The position numbers and the translations under genes are program-made. Shown here piece after piece: positions 1 to 9,447 of a stretch of 64,000 nt of DNA (the first letter of the stretch is position 1; each line of letters begins with the position of its first letter). The stretch is from Nitrospirota bacterium (GTDB lineage Bacteria > Nitrospirota > UBA9217). The stretch spans positions 1-64,000 of the forward strand of contig CAWBNQ010000005.1 in the NCBI GenBank assembly GCA_963790205.1, read 5' to 3'. A model generated the notes under the pieces. It searched no databases, was not told where the DNA came from, and saw only the letters and a list, made by a program, of their open reading frames with translations.

Positions 1-595
1 CTTGACCGGCCACCTTAAACCCAATTCCGGGGCTGTCTATTTCAAGGATCACGAAATCACCCATTTCTCGCCCATCGGATCACTCGGTCCGGGATCGGCC
101 GGTCTTTTCAAAAGACCAATATCTTCCCTCGATTGACCACCTTTGAAAATATTCAGGTGGCCTTGATGGCCTGGAAGAAGAAAACCCGTAATATTATTGA
201 AAGGGCCGATACATTTTTCCAAAAAGAAACCGAAGAAATTTGGGCAGTTTAGGGCTGGTAGACAAAAAAGAGAGGATGGCCGGCTTATTGGCCCACGGGG
301 ATCAACGATTATTGGAAATCGGCATAACCCTGGGAACCTATCCGGACCTTCTTTTGCTGGATGAACCCACCGCCGGGATGAGTCGGAGGAATCCCATAAC
401 ACTATGGAACTGATTCAAAAGATCGTACGCTCCAGGAATCTGACCCTGCTTTTCATTGAACATGACATGAATATCGTCTTTGGGATATCCGAAAAGGTCC
501 GGGTGATGCACTTTGGTTCCATTATCGCCGAAGGGACGCCCCAGGAAATACGGGCCAATGATCAGGTTCAAAAAATCTATCTGGCCGAGGAATAA
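1..595 (+). CDS. livG: Branched-chain amino-acid-type ABC transporter ATPase (LivG-like), 5'-partial, frameshifted
   Basis: Reads LTGHLKPNSG... then LLDEPTAGMS and LFIEHDMNIVF across frames; directly upstream of a LivF-like gene. Confidence 0.8.
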
Positions 596-597
596 TA

Positions 598-1297
598 ATG
601 CTGTTGGAACTAAAGAACATCAATACCTATTACGGCATCAGCCATATCCTGTTTGACGTATCTCTTCAGGTCGAGAAAGGAGAAGTGGTTTGTGTTCTGG
701 GCCGCAACGGTGTGGGAAAAACGACCCTTATTCGCAGTATCATGGGGCTGACCGTTTCCCAAGACAGGCAGCATCTTGTTCGAGGGGACTTCCCTGCGAG
801 GTAAAAGGCCATTTGAAATCGCTTACATCGGGATTGGCTATGTGCCCAAGGACCGCCTCATTTTTCCCAACCTTACGGTTAAGGAAAATCTGGAGATGGG
901 GATGAAGAAAGGACCAAAGGGGCACTGGAGTATTGATCGGGTTTATCAGATGTTTCCTATCTTAAAAACAAGACAGTCTCAATCCGGAGGGACTCTCTCC
1001 GGGGGCGAGCAGCAGATGTTGACCATCGCCAGAACCCTGATGGGCAATCCCCAACTGCTGCTATTGGATGAACCTACCGAGGGGCTTTCCCCGCTTATTG
1101 TTAAGGAATTGGAAGCCCAAATAAAGGCCCTAAAAGAAGAAGGAATGACTATTTTACTGGCCGAACAGAATTCAAAGGTGACGCTCAGCCTTTCTGATCG
1201 TGCCTATATCTTGGAAAAGGGCCAAGTCAAATGGGATGGTAACGTCATGATGCTCAAGGAGAAAAAAGAAATCTTACACCAATATCTGGGCATTTGA
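598..1297 (+). CDS. livF: ABC transporter ATPase (LivF-like), one frameshift near 755-780
   Basis: Walker A GRNGVGKT in ORF 598-804; LSGGEQQ and LLLDEPTEG in ORF 776-1297. Confidence 0.85.
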
Positions 1298-1495
1298 TGG
1301 CAGACCTTATCCCGCTTGCATTCCACCGAACTCTTTGCTTTTCCACTCCCTAATTCAAACTAATCACTCCGAACCATGAACTTTGACCCTTGACCCCCAA
1401 TCTCCCCATACTTCCACCCCTTAGTTTATCTCGTTTCCTCGTCTGTCGACCCTCCCTGGAAAGGTGTTTTAACCAGCGGAGGCCGGTTTTTTTGC

Positions 1496-1523
1496 TTGAC
1501 AATAGATTTCAGAAAATTATAAT
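1496..1523 (+). promoter_or_regulatory. Sigma70-type promoter
   Basis: TTGACA (1496-1501), 16 nt spacer, TATAAT (1518-1523). Confidence 0.75.
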
Positions 1524-1591
1524 CATATTATAGTTAAAATATAGTTAATTTATAGCCACATTCTTTCCAAAAATTAAGGCAGGAATCCCCT

Positions 1592-1791
1592 ATGTCCTTC
1601 TCCAAAAAAGAAAAAAAACCTAAAGAGTATGTTTTTGTGGAAGAAGAGCCTTACAAATCTCCTAAGGCCAAATTTGAGGTTTTTGGTGAGGAGATGATGA
1701 GAAGGAAGTCAAACAGAGCGGGAACAGCGGGCGCGTGTACTTGCCTCCTGAATGGGTGGGCAAACATGTCAAGATTATAAGGATCGACTGA
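1592..1791 (+). CDS. DUF2080-like small protein, frameshift near 1700
   Basis: After a frame change it reads VKQSGNSGRVYLPPEWVGKHVKIIRID*; its TGA overlaps the next ATG. Confidence 0.6.
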
Positions 1792-2252
1792 TGAAAAATA
1801 AGACCTTGAAAACAATAAAAATAAGAAAATTGATGGTAAAGGACCTGCTCCAGATCGTCAAGATTGAGGAGGCGATTACCAAAGTTAAAGTCAGCCAGCA
1901 AAAGAAGTCGTTTTTTAAGGGACCATATTCAGAAGGAGGGCAGTGTCAGCTTTGTGGCCGAGGCGGAAGGGCAGGTGGTGGGGTTTATCATCAGCGAAAT
2001 TTTGACCAACAGTTTTGGTTTGGATCAGGGCGGTTGGATTGAAAACTTTGGGATTCTCCCCAATACATGGGACAAGGGATCGGGCGATCTTTGGCCCATC
2101 ATCTATTCGAGGTTTACCGAAAGAAGAAGATATTCGAAATTTATACCTCCGTCCGCTGGGATTCGGTCGATCTGCTTTCCTTTTTTAAATCTACCGGATT
2201 TGATCGGAGCAACTTCATTAATTTGTATAAAAAGTTGGAACAGAAAGAGTAA
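1791..2252 (+). CDS. GNAT family N-acetyltransferase, two frameshifts
   Basis: FVAEAEGQVVGFI, GQGIGRSL acetyl-CoA motif and FFKSTGF split over three frames. Confidence 0.75.
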
Positions 2253-2296
2253 GTTAGTGCAAAAATACCATAAACCAAGCTACAGGGTCGTTTTTC

Positions 2297-2375
2297 CGTC
2301 ATGCCGGACCTGATCCGGCATCCAGGACTATTAGTGTCTAAATTTATCTGGATTCCGGCTTTCGCCGGAATGACG
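2297..2375. repeat. REP-like palindromic intergenic element
   Basis: CGTCATGCCGGACCTGATCCGGCATCCAG...CTGGATTCCGGCTTTCGCCGGAATGACG; nested inverted repeats. Confidence 0.7.
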
Positions 2376-2454
2376 ATCCAATCCCTAGCATAGCAATATT
2401 TTTATGCTTCGGGGTGTTTAAAAAGGATTCAGGTAATATCAAAGAGGTACAAGA

Positions 2455-3140
2455 ATGCGTTACGCAGAGACAGGTTATAATTTGGAGATTGATCTAACCC
2501 GGGGAAACATTGAGCGGGTGGAAACCGATCCCAGGGACAGCGAACTGTATCTGGGGGGGCTCGGTACGAATGCTAAAATATTATGGGACAGGGTGCCCCC
2601 GGAAACCCATCCCTTTTCTCCTGAGAATCTCCTGATATTCGGCACCGGTCTTTTATGCGGCACCCCGGCCATCGGCTGTAACCGGACCATTGTTACGACT
2701 GTTTCACCCCAAACGGAGTTGATGGCCTATTCCATGATGGGGGGATTTTGGGCCCCGGAATTGAAATATGCCGGGTATGACAAAGTGATCCTGCGCGGCA
2801 AGTCCTCCAAACTGGTCTATTTGTGGATCAACAATGACAAAGTGGAAATACGGGATGCCTCTCATTTGCAGGGTAAGGGAGCGGTGGAGACACCAGGAGC
2901 TCATCCGGCAGGAATTAAAGGAACCCAAGGCCCAGGTGGCGGCTATCGGCCTCGCCGGTGAAAACCGGGTCTATTTTGCCTCCATCGAGCGGGGCGGTCC
3001 AGTGCCAGCCGGCAGGGAATCGGCGCTGTTATGGGAGACAAAGGGGTCAAGGCCATCGCCGTCCGCGGAACCAAGGATATCAATGTGGCCCAGCCGGCTG
3101 AATTTATGGAACTGTGCAACGAAGTGATGAAATATATACG
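2455..3140 (+). CDS. bamB: Tungsten aldehyde:ferredoxin oxidoreductase family, class II benzoyl-CoA reductase BamB-like; frameshifted and 3'-truncated
   Basis: N-terminus MRYAETGYNLEIDLTRGNIERVETDPRD...YLGGLGTNAKILWDRVPPE and SMMGGFWAPELKYAGYDK match my recollection of Geobacter BamB; similarity ends at LCNEVMKYI. Confidence 0.75.
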
Positions 3141-3142
3141 AA

Positions 3143-4003
3143 TGGCTCCAGTAGAAACTTAACTTGTTCGTCCGTATAACCGTCAACTGTGTTAATAAAC
3201 CCATTTATAATGTCTCTAGTTTTATCCGAAAAGTATTTATTTAGTCTAGAGAAAACTGATACAATCTTGTTTATATATTCAATTACCCTAGGTTCATAAA
3301 TATCCGATATCTTAGCAATGTTCGTTTTCTTTGTGCTTATGTTCGTTACGCAGTATGGACAATTATCAGATAAGTCTAGATACACCCTTCCATCAATAAT
3401 CCATTTTATCCATTTTATGTTATTCTCCGACTGGATGTACTCTTTATAGCCTTCGACTTCCTTCGGAACATTGCGTACTTTGTTCCCGCCCTTAAAGGCC
3501 TTTGATATATTGCTTGATCCGTGAATCCCACTTTTTACCGGTTTCCCAAAACTGCTGCTCAACTCATTAAAGTCGTTGATGAGTTCATCGATATCTTTAT
3601 CATGAGCAAACATCTCTTGGATTGTTTTTGTTAGTTCATTGATTTCTGCCATACCTTTCTCGTACTCCTCATCCCGGATGAAGATATCGAAACTACCTTG
3701 AACGAGTTCGTCCGGAAGAAAGATGTATTTGTTGGTATATTCCTCATCAAAGACTTTCACCAACTTTATGGAATCGATTCCAGTTACTGATGGATTATTA
3801 TCTTCAGAATCGATGTGCTTGAAGGGCTTCAGCTTTAGCAATTCCTTGCTGCCGTTCTTCTGATCATTTATTGATGCTATAATTGCCTTTGAAATTGTGC
3901 TCTTACCGGTTCCGTTTATGGCATACTTGATATTCAGCCTGTTTTCTTTCAGGGTTATAGTTCCATTGTCGATGTTGTTGCAGTTATTTACCAATATGTC
4001 CAT
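3143..4003 (-). CDS. Rad50/RloC-like ABC ATPase, N-terminal part only
   Basis: Walker A-like AINGTGKST, helical region and a CPYC zinc-hook-like motif; AT-rich; cut off at the junction near 3140. Confidence 0.6.
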
Positions 4004-4149
4004 GATCATCCTCTTTCGTAAGTGCAGATACAGAAATTCATATTTAATCTAATTTGCTAAAGGTTCTCTGTCTCATGCACGAATATATGCCTGATTAATG
4101 CTGCTGTCAACACCAGGTAGGGTATTTTGCTGTGATCGTTAGACGTTCC

Positions 4150-5900
4150 ACTGCGCTATATTTCCTTACAGTAAGAACCCCGCTCCGCTCAAACGCGCAC
4201 TGCGCCACAGATCGTCGCAGAGCGCACCGCTTCGCATGAGGAGGCTCGGCTCCGTCACCACGGCTTCTCCACTTCGCTCCGCTTGGCTCCGCGCACTCCG
4301 CGAACATCCGCTCCGATGCGCTGCGCCCGCTACGCTCCGTTCCGTACGCCGTCGTGCCTTCGCCTCGCATCTTTTTATTTAGTGACAGAGACAGCTCCGC
4401 GTAAACGCGGACTTCGCCAAGGTGCGGCGAAGACCGCACGCTTCGCAATCGGTGGCCGGACATCCGCAGCAAGGCAGGGGACGCCTTCCTGCGGCTGACC
4501 GGCAGCTGAGAGGCTTGATAGAACCAAGAGCTTTATCATAGCGCTCCGCTTCGCTCTGCTCACTTGCCGGCAGGCGCGGCGTAGCGGCCGCGCGGCGGTA
4601 AGACCCACTCATTCAATACAATCTTGACCACCAAGAGCGATGCAAAACCGATGGTATTCCCGCCGCCTGGTATCGCTATCGACGAACTCGCCGGGCACCG
4701 GATGCGTCGCCGCTTTGCGACCGATCGCACCCGACGCCCGGCTCGCAGCCACCGACGACAAACCAACGGCTCCGGGGCACTACGCCGCACCCCCCCGCCT
4801 TCCCCCTCCCCCCTGGACCCCCCAACCTCCCGGCATCCCCCCCCTCTTCGGAACTCCCAGGGGGGCGGGGGCACTCTTGGGGGGGGAGTTGCGGCTCGGT
4901 CCGGCCCTCCCTCGCCCTACGGGCTCCGTGCCCCGACCCCCTTCGCGTCGTCATTTTGCTCCGGGGGCACACGTCAACACCACACCTCGGGGGTTCCGCA
5001 TTATGGCAAGCATGGTTGGCGCAAACAACAAAGGCGCGCCCACCAGACATGCCCGGGCTTCACCCCCGAACCCCCGGGGTCGCACCGGTCATTCGCTTTG
5101 CAACAAACACCGCAAAGCGAACGCCCGTTGCTCCGAGGAAGTACACCTTCTATCTATAAATTCAACAACAACTCCAGCAACAGCAACGACAACACCAACA
5201 TCATACGGCAACACCCCGCTACGCTCGCGCCCGGTGGGTTCCGTCGTGCCCGCAATGCGCTAAAAGCCCCTTGGCATCCGGCCTGGGTCGGCTATCTCAT
5301 GGCGCCGCAAGCGTGCGCGGCGCGGGAAGGAGCGTCCCGCGTCGCATGCGCGGCTTGTCCGGCTTTCCGACGCGCTCAGGCAATCGCGCTGAGCCGGCAC
5401 TCCTCCACCCACTCGGTCGTTCGCTTCGCTAATCCCCCCGCCCATCCCCGCGAAGAAACGGAAGACGACAACGACAGCCTCCCGCCTCTTCGCTTCCCGT
5501 CTGCCCCCAGGGGCTCCCCGCATCCCCCTCCGAAAGATAAAACCATGAACCCTGTGTGGTATCGGGCTCGTGCCTCCGCTTCGCTCCGGCACCAGCCCGT
5601 TTGTTTGCTCGGTCATGCGCCTTGCGTGAACCGGCAAGGTTCATGCCCTCGCTCGATCTCCCGCCCGCACCACGCGCGTCAAAGACTGCCTCACTCCATC
5701 GGTCACTCGTTTTGCAGGGATCGGCAAACCTCGCGCCCTCCTTCGTTCGGCAGACTTCGCCGCGCTCCCGTCCGCCCTCTCTGGGCTCCCCGAGAAAAAA
5801 AGCGGAACGCGAAGCGGGGCGCGAAGCGCGTAGCGCAAGCTGCTCGAAAGGTCAACGGCATTTTAGATAGAGACAACTTCCCGCCTGCGACTTTTCATGC
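4150..5900. other. GC-rich, probably non-coding structured tract
   Basis: No credible protein in any frame; 17 GCGNAGC motifs counted by eye, plus C/G tracts. Confidence 0.6.
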
Positions 5901-6082
5901 CGTGCAAGAAGAGCAGTCGTCATGCCAGGAAAGAAACCCTGTCATGCCGACCGCATGTCCTTCTTGGCGCACGTCCTGCAAAGCCGAGTGAATCGCAGTC
6001 GGAGTATTGGAACTCTCCACCACCGGCCTGTCGCTTGTAGAGGCCGGTGGTTTAGAGTTTTTCCTGAAAGGAGGTGGGTCTT

Positions 6083-6253
6083 GTGGAGCAGGTCGTCGCG
6101 GTCCTCAACCAGGTCGCCGGTCCTTCCGGCTGGTGCGAGGTCGGCCCGGCCTGCGCGGAGTGCGGCGGGTGTGCCCTGGCGCGGTTGTTTCCGGTAGATC
6201 CTCAGTTGTCTTTCCGGTTCTCGGAGCCGGAATTAATCTCAAGCGGTAAATAG
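6083..6253 (+). CDS. 56-aa Cys-rich small protein, not in the ORF track
   Basis: AAGGAGG RBS then GTG; MEQVVAVLNQVAGPSGWCEVGPACAECGGCALARLFPVDPQLSFRFSEPELISSGK*; the stop overlaps the next RBS. Confidence 0.55.
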   Translation: MEQVVAVLNQVAGPSGWCEVGPACAECGGCALARLFPVDPQLSFRFSEPELISSGK

Positions 6254-6264
6254 GAGGTAGCACA

Positions 6265-6646
6265 ATGGACAAGCAGCATGTAGAAGGGTGGGGCGTGATT
6301 CACATGTACACGCGTGAGCAGGCTATTGCAGACGGTCAGCTGGTCGATGTGAGCGACACGCCCGAGGCGAAAGAGGCGGGTTTCCGTGTTCCGGTCTGTC
6401 TTACTGTGGGCGTGCATGCGCTCGTGCAGGTGCCGGAGCTTCTTTCCGGCTGGCAGGACTACAGCGGGCGGTTATGGGACACGTTGTTCCTGGCTGCTGC
6501 GGCTTTCAAGCGGGCAGGGGAGAAGCACCTTGTCCCGTTCGAGGTGATCTACCAGACCGATCCGCGCCGGTCCGCCACGGTCACGCTCTGGCTCTGCTTC
6601 TCGGAGTATCGAGGGCTTCACGATCCTGCTGCCGGAAGAATATTGA
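6265..6646 (+). CDS. DUF6573-like plasmid/ICE protein, frameshift near 6610
   Basis: YTREQAIADGQLVDV N-terminal motif; removing one base restores the C-terminus EGFTILLPEEY*. Confidence 0.65.
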
Positions 6647-6660
6647 GCGTGCGGGTTGTG

Positions 6661-6689
6661 GATAGCCCCGGAGGCCATCCGGGGCTATC
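6661..6689 (+). terminator. Hairpin closing the small-gene operon
   Basis: Perfect 12-bp stem GATAGCCCCGGA/TCCGGGGCTATC; no strong U-tract. Confidence 0.5.
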
Positions 6690-6838
6690 TGAATGATGTC
6701 GGGAAAAATCTATACATATGTCAAATAAATAAAACTAATAGTAAAAATATTTAACATAATAGGTTAATAAATAAGTATTAAAAAACAATTACTTAATAAA
6801 GTTAAGGTAGAAAAATATCTGTATCTTGTTATAAATTC

Positions 6839-6867
6839 TTGCTTTTATACCAGATATGGTATATATT
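6839..6867 (+). promoter_or_regulatory. Promoter of the peptide-E2/E1-JAB operon with an internal operator-like palindrome
   Basis: TTGCTT-17 nt-TATATT after an AT-rich tract; TATACCA-gata-TGGTATA at 6846-6863. Confidence 0.55.
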
Positions 6868-6951
6868 CTGACCGTTAGCACTCAGGCTGCGTAAGTGCTA
6901 GACAAGGTCGATGATCCACAGTAATAATTCCAAACGAAGGAGACCAACAGC

Positions 6952-7095
6952 ATGAGTCAAGAAAAAAAGACGGATGACAAAGAACATCCAGTCCATCCGG
7001 AACACCCGGAGCATCCAGAGCATCCGCACCATCCACCGGTGCCGCCCGGACCACCGTCACCACCAAAGCCGCCACACCACAGGCAAGTAGGATAG
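6952..7095 (+). CDS. 47-aa His/Pro-rich peptide ending in Gly; candidate conjugated modifier
   Basis: GAAGGAG RBS (6936-6942) 9 nt before the ATG; MSQEKKTDDKEHPVHPEHPEHPEHPHHPPVPPGPPSPPKPPHHRQVG*; the TAG is part of the next gene's RBS (TAGGAG). Confidence 0.75.
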   Translation: MSQEKKTDDKEHPVHPEHPEHPEHPHHPPVPPGPPSPPKPPHHRQVG

Positions 7096-7106
7096 GAGAA
7101 ACTCTT

Positions 7107-8915
7107 ATGATTAAGAGATGGTGGCAACGCCATCCCGGGCGACTCGAGTTTGAAATTGAGGCTCTCGCCAAACTAGGCGCCCCTTTCAATTTGGATAAAG
7201 ACCTCTTTGAAAGGGGCGTAGTTATTCTCAAAGGATACTTTCCTCTGGGGACAGAGAATATCTATCTCGAAATCGAATACCCTGAATACTATCCGTATTT
7301 TCGCTTTCAAGCTTTTGCTCCTTATTTAAATCTCCGCTATCATCAGCAGCCGTTCCAAAAGAATCTTTGCCTTCTTCAGCAGTCAACTAGGGCATGGGAT
7401 TACCGTGATACGGCAGAATCGGTTCTGTCTTCGCAACTCCCTAAAATATTGACTGCTAATAATCTGATGAGTAGGCAAGACGTCCTGGACCATGAGCTTC
7501 GCACTGGCCTGGATCTGGAAACTCGTGAACCAGAGCCCGTCGAGCGGTTTATGTCTTTTGAGCCAGGTGTGTATATAATTATTGATAGTAACTGCAGGCC
7601 TACTGGAACAAATGGCGCTCTTATCATAGGATTCAGGCCAGCTGGTAAATACGATGTATTGTCGGGTGCGGTCCTCGAAGTTACTGATCAGAATGGCCGT
7701 CTCCTTCATGCGGCTTCCCCTCAAATAGCAGGAATGTTTCCGATTCGGATTAAAGGCAGATGGCAGCGAGCCGATGCTCCAATCATAAACAACGACCCGC
7801 GACAATATCTCGAGCAACTTGCAAAATTCAACACTGCCGTTTCCGCGATAATTCCTCAGTCTGCAAGAAACATAAAGACCGATGCGCCCAAGGACCGTGA
7901 TATCAAAATTGACATAGTTGCATCCATATACGAAGATGAAACTTCACATCGCCACAAGGATGGCACCTTGTCTTGGGTATTTATCGGTCGATGGATAGTT
8001 GCTTACAAAGGAAACGTAACTAAGAACGGGAAAAAGCGAACCGATATTCACCCTTTTTTCATTAAAGGGGAAAGAGCAGGAAAGGATGATATGACCAGTC
8101 GAATTCCGGAATTGAGAGGTCTTTCTGAAAAAAAGATCGCATTATTTGGCCTCGGTTGCCTTGGTTCTCAGTGCGCAGTTGAATTTTCAAAGGCGGGCAT
8201 TGGAGAACTGCGAATTCTCGATTACGACACAGTGTCAGCTGGTAACACTGTACGTTGGAGCATCGGACTGTCCGCTGTGGGTAAATTGAAAATTGTCGCT
8301 ATGATGGAGTACATAAAGTTAAACTATCCTTATACACAGATAATCGGTTTCAACTCTAGAATTGGCGAAACGTATCGCCCTGGCCAAGATCCTAAGCACA
8401 TCTCCCAGAATGACATCCTAGAGCAAATGCTTGATGGTGTTAATGTCATCGTCGACGCCACTGCGGAAGAAGGTGTCCAAAATTTTCTATCGGACATAGC
8501 CAGGGAGAAGAATATCCCTTATATCTTTATATCAACAACCCACGGTACAAGGGGCGGAATGGTTGCGCGTTTCAGACCAGACAAATCTAAGGGCTGTTGC
8601 CATTGCCTACGTTACTACCTAAATGACGAAAGTATTCCAGTTGCTAATGATGATTTAACCGCAGCCGGTGAAGTTGTTCCGGCTGGATGCGGCGAACCAA
8701 CATTTACCGGAAATAATTTCGATGCTCTCCAGATATCACTTGCAGGTGTTCGTACGACCATTTCTACGTTGATGGAGGGAATTCCTGGCGGATACCCCAC
8801 GGTGCCCTGGGATGTTGAAATAATCAACTTGAGGGACGCAGCGGGAAACCTGATACCTCTACAAAGTATAACACGAGTGATCGAAAAACATCCTTCATGC
8901 GAAAATCACAATTGA
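7107..8915 (+). CDS. E2-E1 (ThiF) fusion, Cap2-like ubiquitin-transferase-type enzyme
   Basis: N-terminal E2-like YPEYYP...HQQPFQKNLCLL (Cys88); C-terminal ThiF GLGCLGS, LDYDTV...NTVR, DATA, CCHC, PAGCGEPTF and HPSC; 602 aa. Confidence 0.85.
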   Translation: MIKRWWQRHPGRLEFEIEALAKLGAPFNLDKDLFERGVVILKGYFPLGTENIYLEIEYPEYYPYFRFQAFAPYLNLRYHQQPFQKNLCLLQQSTRAWDYRDTAESVLSSQLPKILTANNLMSRQDVLDHELRTGLDLETREPEPVERFMSFEPGVYIIIDSNCRPTGTNGALIIGFRPAGKYDVLSGAVLEVTDQNGRLLHAASPQIAGMFPIRIKGRWQRADAPIINNDPRQYLEQLAKFNTAVSAIIPQSARNIKTDAPKDRDIKIDIVASIYEDETSHRHKDGTLSWVFIGRWIVAYKGNVTKNGKKRTDIHPFFIKGERAGKDDMTSRIPELRGLSEKKIALFGLGCLGSQCAVEFSKAGIGELRILDYDTVSAGNTVRWSIGLSAVGKLKIVAMMEYIKLNYPYTQIIGFNSRIGETYRPGQDPKHISQNDILEQMLDGVNVIVDATAEEGVQNFLSDIAREKNIPYIFISTTHGTRGGMVARFRPDKSKGCCHCLRYYLNDESIPVANDDLTAAGEVVPAGCGEPTFTGNNFDALQISLAGVRTTISTLMEGIPGGYPTVPWDVEIINLRDAAGNLIPLQSITRVIEKHPSCENHN

Positions 8916-9403
8916 TACGCAAAGCATGGGTTCGGCGGGAGGCTGCAGAAAAGATGCTGTCTGAAGCCAGTCTTCGATACCCGCTTGAAACTGGCGGCAT
9001 CTTGATTGGATATTTTATGGAATCTAATGTCGTGATTGTTGATGCGATCGGACCCGGCAAATCAGCATCTCACGCGCTGGGGACATTTACACCGGATTAT
9101 TCTTGGCAGGACAAAGAAGTCGCACAGCTTTACAAGAAGTCCGGTCGCCGTCATACATATTTAGGAGACTGGCATACGCACCCTGATGGCAGTGGTTCTC
9201 TCAGCATGAAGGACATTTCCACCCTGGAGAACATTGCCACCTGCAAGACGGCCCGAGTGTCTAGTCCCGTTATGGCGATACTTTCCGGGACTAACGAATG
9301 GGAAATAACGATATGGAACTACTATGCAACAAACACAGAGAAGATCCTTGTCGCAGAAATTCATGAAATCCATATTTATGGCAATGATCAGGTTCGTTTG
9401 TGA
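8897..9403 (+). CDS. JAB/MPN+ metalloprotease, Cap3-like
   Basis: ETGGILIG and YLGDWHTHPDGSGSLSMKD form an intact JAMM motif; overlaps the end of the E2-E1 gene. Confidence 0.9.
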   Translation: MRKSQLIRKAWVRREAAEKMLSEASLRYPLETGGILIGYFMESNVVIVDAIGPGKSASHALGTFTPDYSWQDKEVAQLYKKSGRRHTYLGDWHTHPDGSGSLSMKDISTLENIATCKTARVSSPVMAILSGTNEWEITIWNYYATNTEKILVAEIHEIHIYGNDQVRL

Positions 9404-9418
9404 CAACGCACGAGAAGC

Positions 9419-9447
9419 TTGACACGCTCTTCGCTTTAGTGTAAGCT
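9419..9447 (+). promoter_or_regulatory. Promoter of the recombination module
   Basis: TTGACA-17 nt-TAAGCT. Confidence 0.6.

Noticed and set aside
1..3140. True pseudogenes or programmed frameshifts (also in the P-type ATPase, pncB and DUF6573-like gene)
   Set aside because: Scattered single-base indels in otherwise conserved genes fit sequencing error better.
5860..5895. oriT nick site at CTTCCCGCCTGC
   Set aside because: Only loosely resembles the MOBP YATCCTG consensus, and no relaxase is in the window.
4624..5991. 455-aa ORF and overlapping ORFs in the GC-rich tract
   Set aside because: Arg/Pro/Ala-rich with no motifs and no clear RBS; expected from stop-poor GC-rich DNA.
6952..9403. 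Calling the operon CBASS, Pycsar or Bil
   Set aside because: No CD-NTase, cyclase, effector or beta-grasp gene is present nearby; only the E2-E1/JAB pair is shared.
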